In this document: positions 61,650-64,000 of the stretch, piece by piece | Layout of the letters: each line of letters opens with the position of its first letter | How positions within the stretch are numbered: position 1 is the first letter of the stretch | DNA from: Carcharhinus amblyrhynchos | Lineage: Eukaryota | Assembly (NCBI GenBank): GCA_965287045.1 | Contig: OZ336880.1 | Coordinates: 54,374,001 to 54,438,000 of the forward strand | DNA length: 64,000 nucleotides | Direction of reading: 5' to 3' | The notes under the pieces: generated by a model | Databases searched by the model: none | What the model was told of the DNA's origin: nothing | Seen by the model: only the letters and a program-made list of their open reading frames with translations | Made by a program: the position numbers and the translations under genes

Positions 61650-62305
61650 TGGTCCAGTTTAAGCGTACACTAACGACATGAAGTACTAGACTGTTCTCGA
61701 AACAACCAAGAGCAGCCCTCGTACGACCCATCGTGTGTATGCCCCTCGTTGGACAACAAGGCGGACCGAAGCACCTGTGAATTAAAAGAGAAAAACATCA
61801 GTATCATCTACATCCTTATACATTACCAGGGACGTCCCAAGGCTCCTGAACCTTACTTAAAACAATCTCCTATATCCCTCCATCTCCAACCCACTCATGT
61901 GCTTGTCTAAGTAACTCTTAAACAACTCCAGCATGCCTGCCTCCACCACCTTGCTTGGCAGAGCATTCCATACCCCCACTACCCTCTGTGTGAAAAACCT
62001 CCCTCTAACATCCGAATTATACCTCGCCCCCCTCACCCTAAGCCCATGGCCCCTCGTAATGTGCGTTTCCAACATAGGAAAAAGCTTACCATTGTTTACT
62101 CTATCTATACCCTTCATAACCTTATATACCTCTATTAGATCTCCCCTCAATCACCGTTTTTCAAGGGAAAACAGCTCCAATTTGCTCAATCTTTCCTCAT
62201 AACCCAGTTCTTCCATACCAGGCAGCATCCTGGTAAACCTCCTCTGCACTCTCTCTAGGGTCTCCACGTCTTTCCGGTAGTAAGGCGACCAGAACTGGAC
62301 GCAGA
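61650..62305 (-). mobile_element. Young CR1 3' end with open ORF2 tail and atypical 3' UTR
   Basis: Uninterrupted RGDLIEVYKVMKGIDRV...RGRFFTQRVVGVWNALPSKVVEAG...EGYRRLF*; CpG-rich downstream sequence. Confidence 0.85.
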
Positions 62306-62399
62306 ACTATATGGCAGAATTTACAACAAATAAGTCAACAGGGATTTAGAGATGTAGCAAACAGTAAGGTCTGTAAAGAAAGTATAGAAAAACAAGAGG

Positions 62400-62942
62400 T
62401 CATAGAGTCATAGAGATTTACAGCAAGGAAACAGGCCCTTTGGCCCAACTTGACCATGCTGCCCTTTTTTTAAAACCTTGAAGCTAGTCCCAATTGCTTG
62501 CATTTGGCCCATATCCCTCGATACCCATCCTACCCATGTAACTGTCTAAATGCTTTTTAGAAGTCAAAATTATACCCGCCTCTACTACTACCTCTGGCAG
62601 CTTGTTCCAGGCATTCACCACCCTCTCTGTGAAAAAATTGCCCCTCTGGACACTTTTGTATCTCTCCCCCTCACCTTAAACCTATGCCCTCTAGTTTTAG
62701 ACTCCCCTACTTTTGGGAAAAGATATTGACTACCTAGCTGATTCTATGCCCCTCATTATTTTATAGACCAATATAAGATCACCCCTCAGCCTTTTATGCT
62801 CTAGAGAAAAATGTCCCAGTTTGTCCAGCCTCTCCTTACAACTCAAACTATCAAGCCCCAGTAGCGTTCTAGCAAATCTTTCCTGTACTCTTTCCAGTTT
62901 AATATCCTTTCTATAATAAAGTGACCAGAATTGTACACAGTG
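62400..62942 (-). mobile_element. CR1 3' fragment
   Basis: Minus-strand ttgggccaaagggcctgtttcc stem-loop and (ctctatga)n tail; RT tail remnants. Confidence 0.8.
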
Positions 62943-64000
62943 TCAAATGAGGAATGGAACGAGAAAAATAAAGAGTCAGAATACAGTAGAACCTGGAGAT
63001 TACAGTAATTTGGTGTTACATGGTAGGACATGTCATCAAACAAGGTCCTCTCAGTGAAAAGAGTCAAGAACTGTGAGATGGGTTTTGCTCAAGGCAATGA
63101 TACCAATACGTTAATTCAGGAGGAAATTGTGGAGATCATTGTTTGTATAGTAGTGAATATTTTGCAGAATAGTTTGACTGGATGAGCTGTAGGGGACCCA
63201 CTGAGTTGTTGGAGGAGATGAGAGTAATGATGGAAGATTTCTTTCAGAAAGTAAAATGCCATTGCTGCTCTGTGAACTCAACACAGCAAGCAGTGATAAA
63301 CACTGATTAGGTTGGAACAGAGGAAAACTACAGGGTTGATTCAGGAGGACATCAAGCTTGGGGCAGATAAGAGGTAAGCAGGTGTGTGGAGTCAAATGGC
63401 ACAGAAGATTAAAAATGGCATTGAGGATTAAGAGAGAAACATCATAAATTTCAGAAAACCTAAAAATAGATTGACAAATCCAAATTTTAGAGACCCCAGA
63501 TATGCACAAGATATGGTTGAAGTTTGACCTGCTAAACAGCTTACCACTACAGAGAGATAGCTTGTCCAGCTATAAGGCTATTCTACACATTACAACAGCA
63601 GATTATAGTCATCTAGAACAAAATTAGATGTATTCAACTCCCAGATTTATCCCTTAGGTTCAATTACTGACAGAGACTGGTTAGTCAGTAATATATGTCA
63701 CATCTCTGCACCATATATGCCCTGTAGACCATGAACTCGGTTCTAGGTCTGAGGCCCTGGTCTTCAAACACTCTCCTCCTCAAGCAACCAAATGCTGCAC
63801 TTGTACATTGAAGGCAGTGTTGAACCTTATTGTCAATGTTTGCTGCCCCTGTTAACACTCAGTTACCAAGGTATGGAAAGTGGTCCACATAATCCAAGGC
63901 CTTGTCGTGGGTTTTGATAACGAGGGAGTAGCTGTGTGGCGGGGGCAGGTTGGTAGAGGACCTTTGCCTTACAGATGTTTAATCTAAGGCCCATGCTCTT

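Noticed and set aside
58421-64000. Further upstream CCDC148 exons
   Set aside because: No segment resembling the expected KQHKQVWWQE-type peptide with splice sites was found; probably beyond the window.

Overview
Eukaryotic (vertebrate) genomic DNA, most likely from a shark or other cartilaginous fish, judging from HE1/V-SINE-like SINEs, abundant CR1 and Penelope-type repeats. Two spliced genes converge tail-to-tail. UPP2 (uridine phosphorylase 2, + strand) contributes its last 5 coding exons (3542-11139). CCDC148 (- strand) contributes 11 coding exons (58420-18380). The 5' ends of both genes lie outside the window. The introns and the intergenic gap hold CR1/L2/RTE LINE fragments, tRNA-derived SINEs, Penelope-like pieces, three Gypsy-type LTR-retrotransposon relics, a decayed PIF/Harbinger transposase and many TIR-bounded non-autonomous elements. 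The most unusual structure is a ~596-bp near-perfect palindrome (34998-35593) inside a CCDC148 intron, built from a young CR1 3' end plus ~212 bp of duplicated Gypsy integrase. Other notable points are a GC-AG intron in UPP2, loss of the second redox-switch cysteine in UPP2, and an intron-like segment right after the stop codon of a young CR1 copy. All calls come from manual reading and recalled protein motifs; no database search was run and repeat boundaries are approximate.
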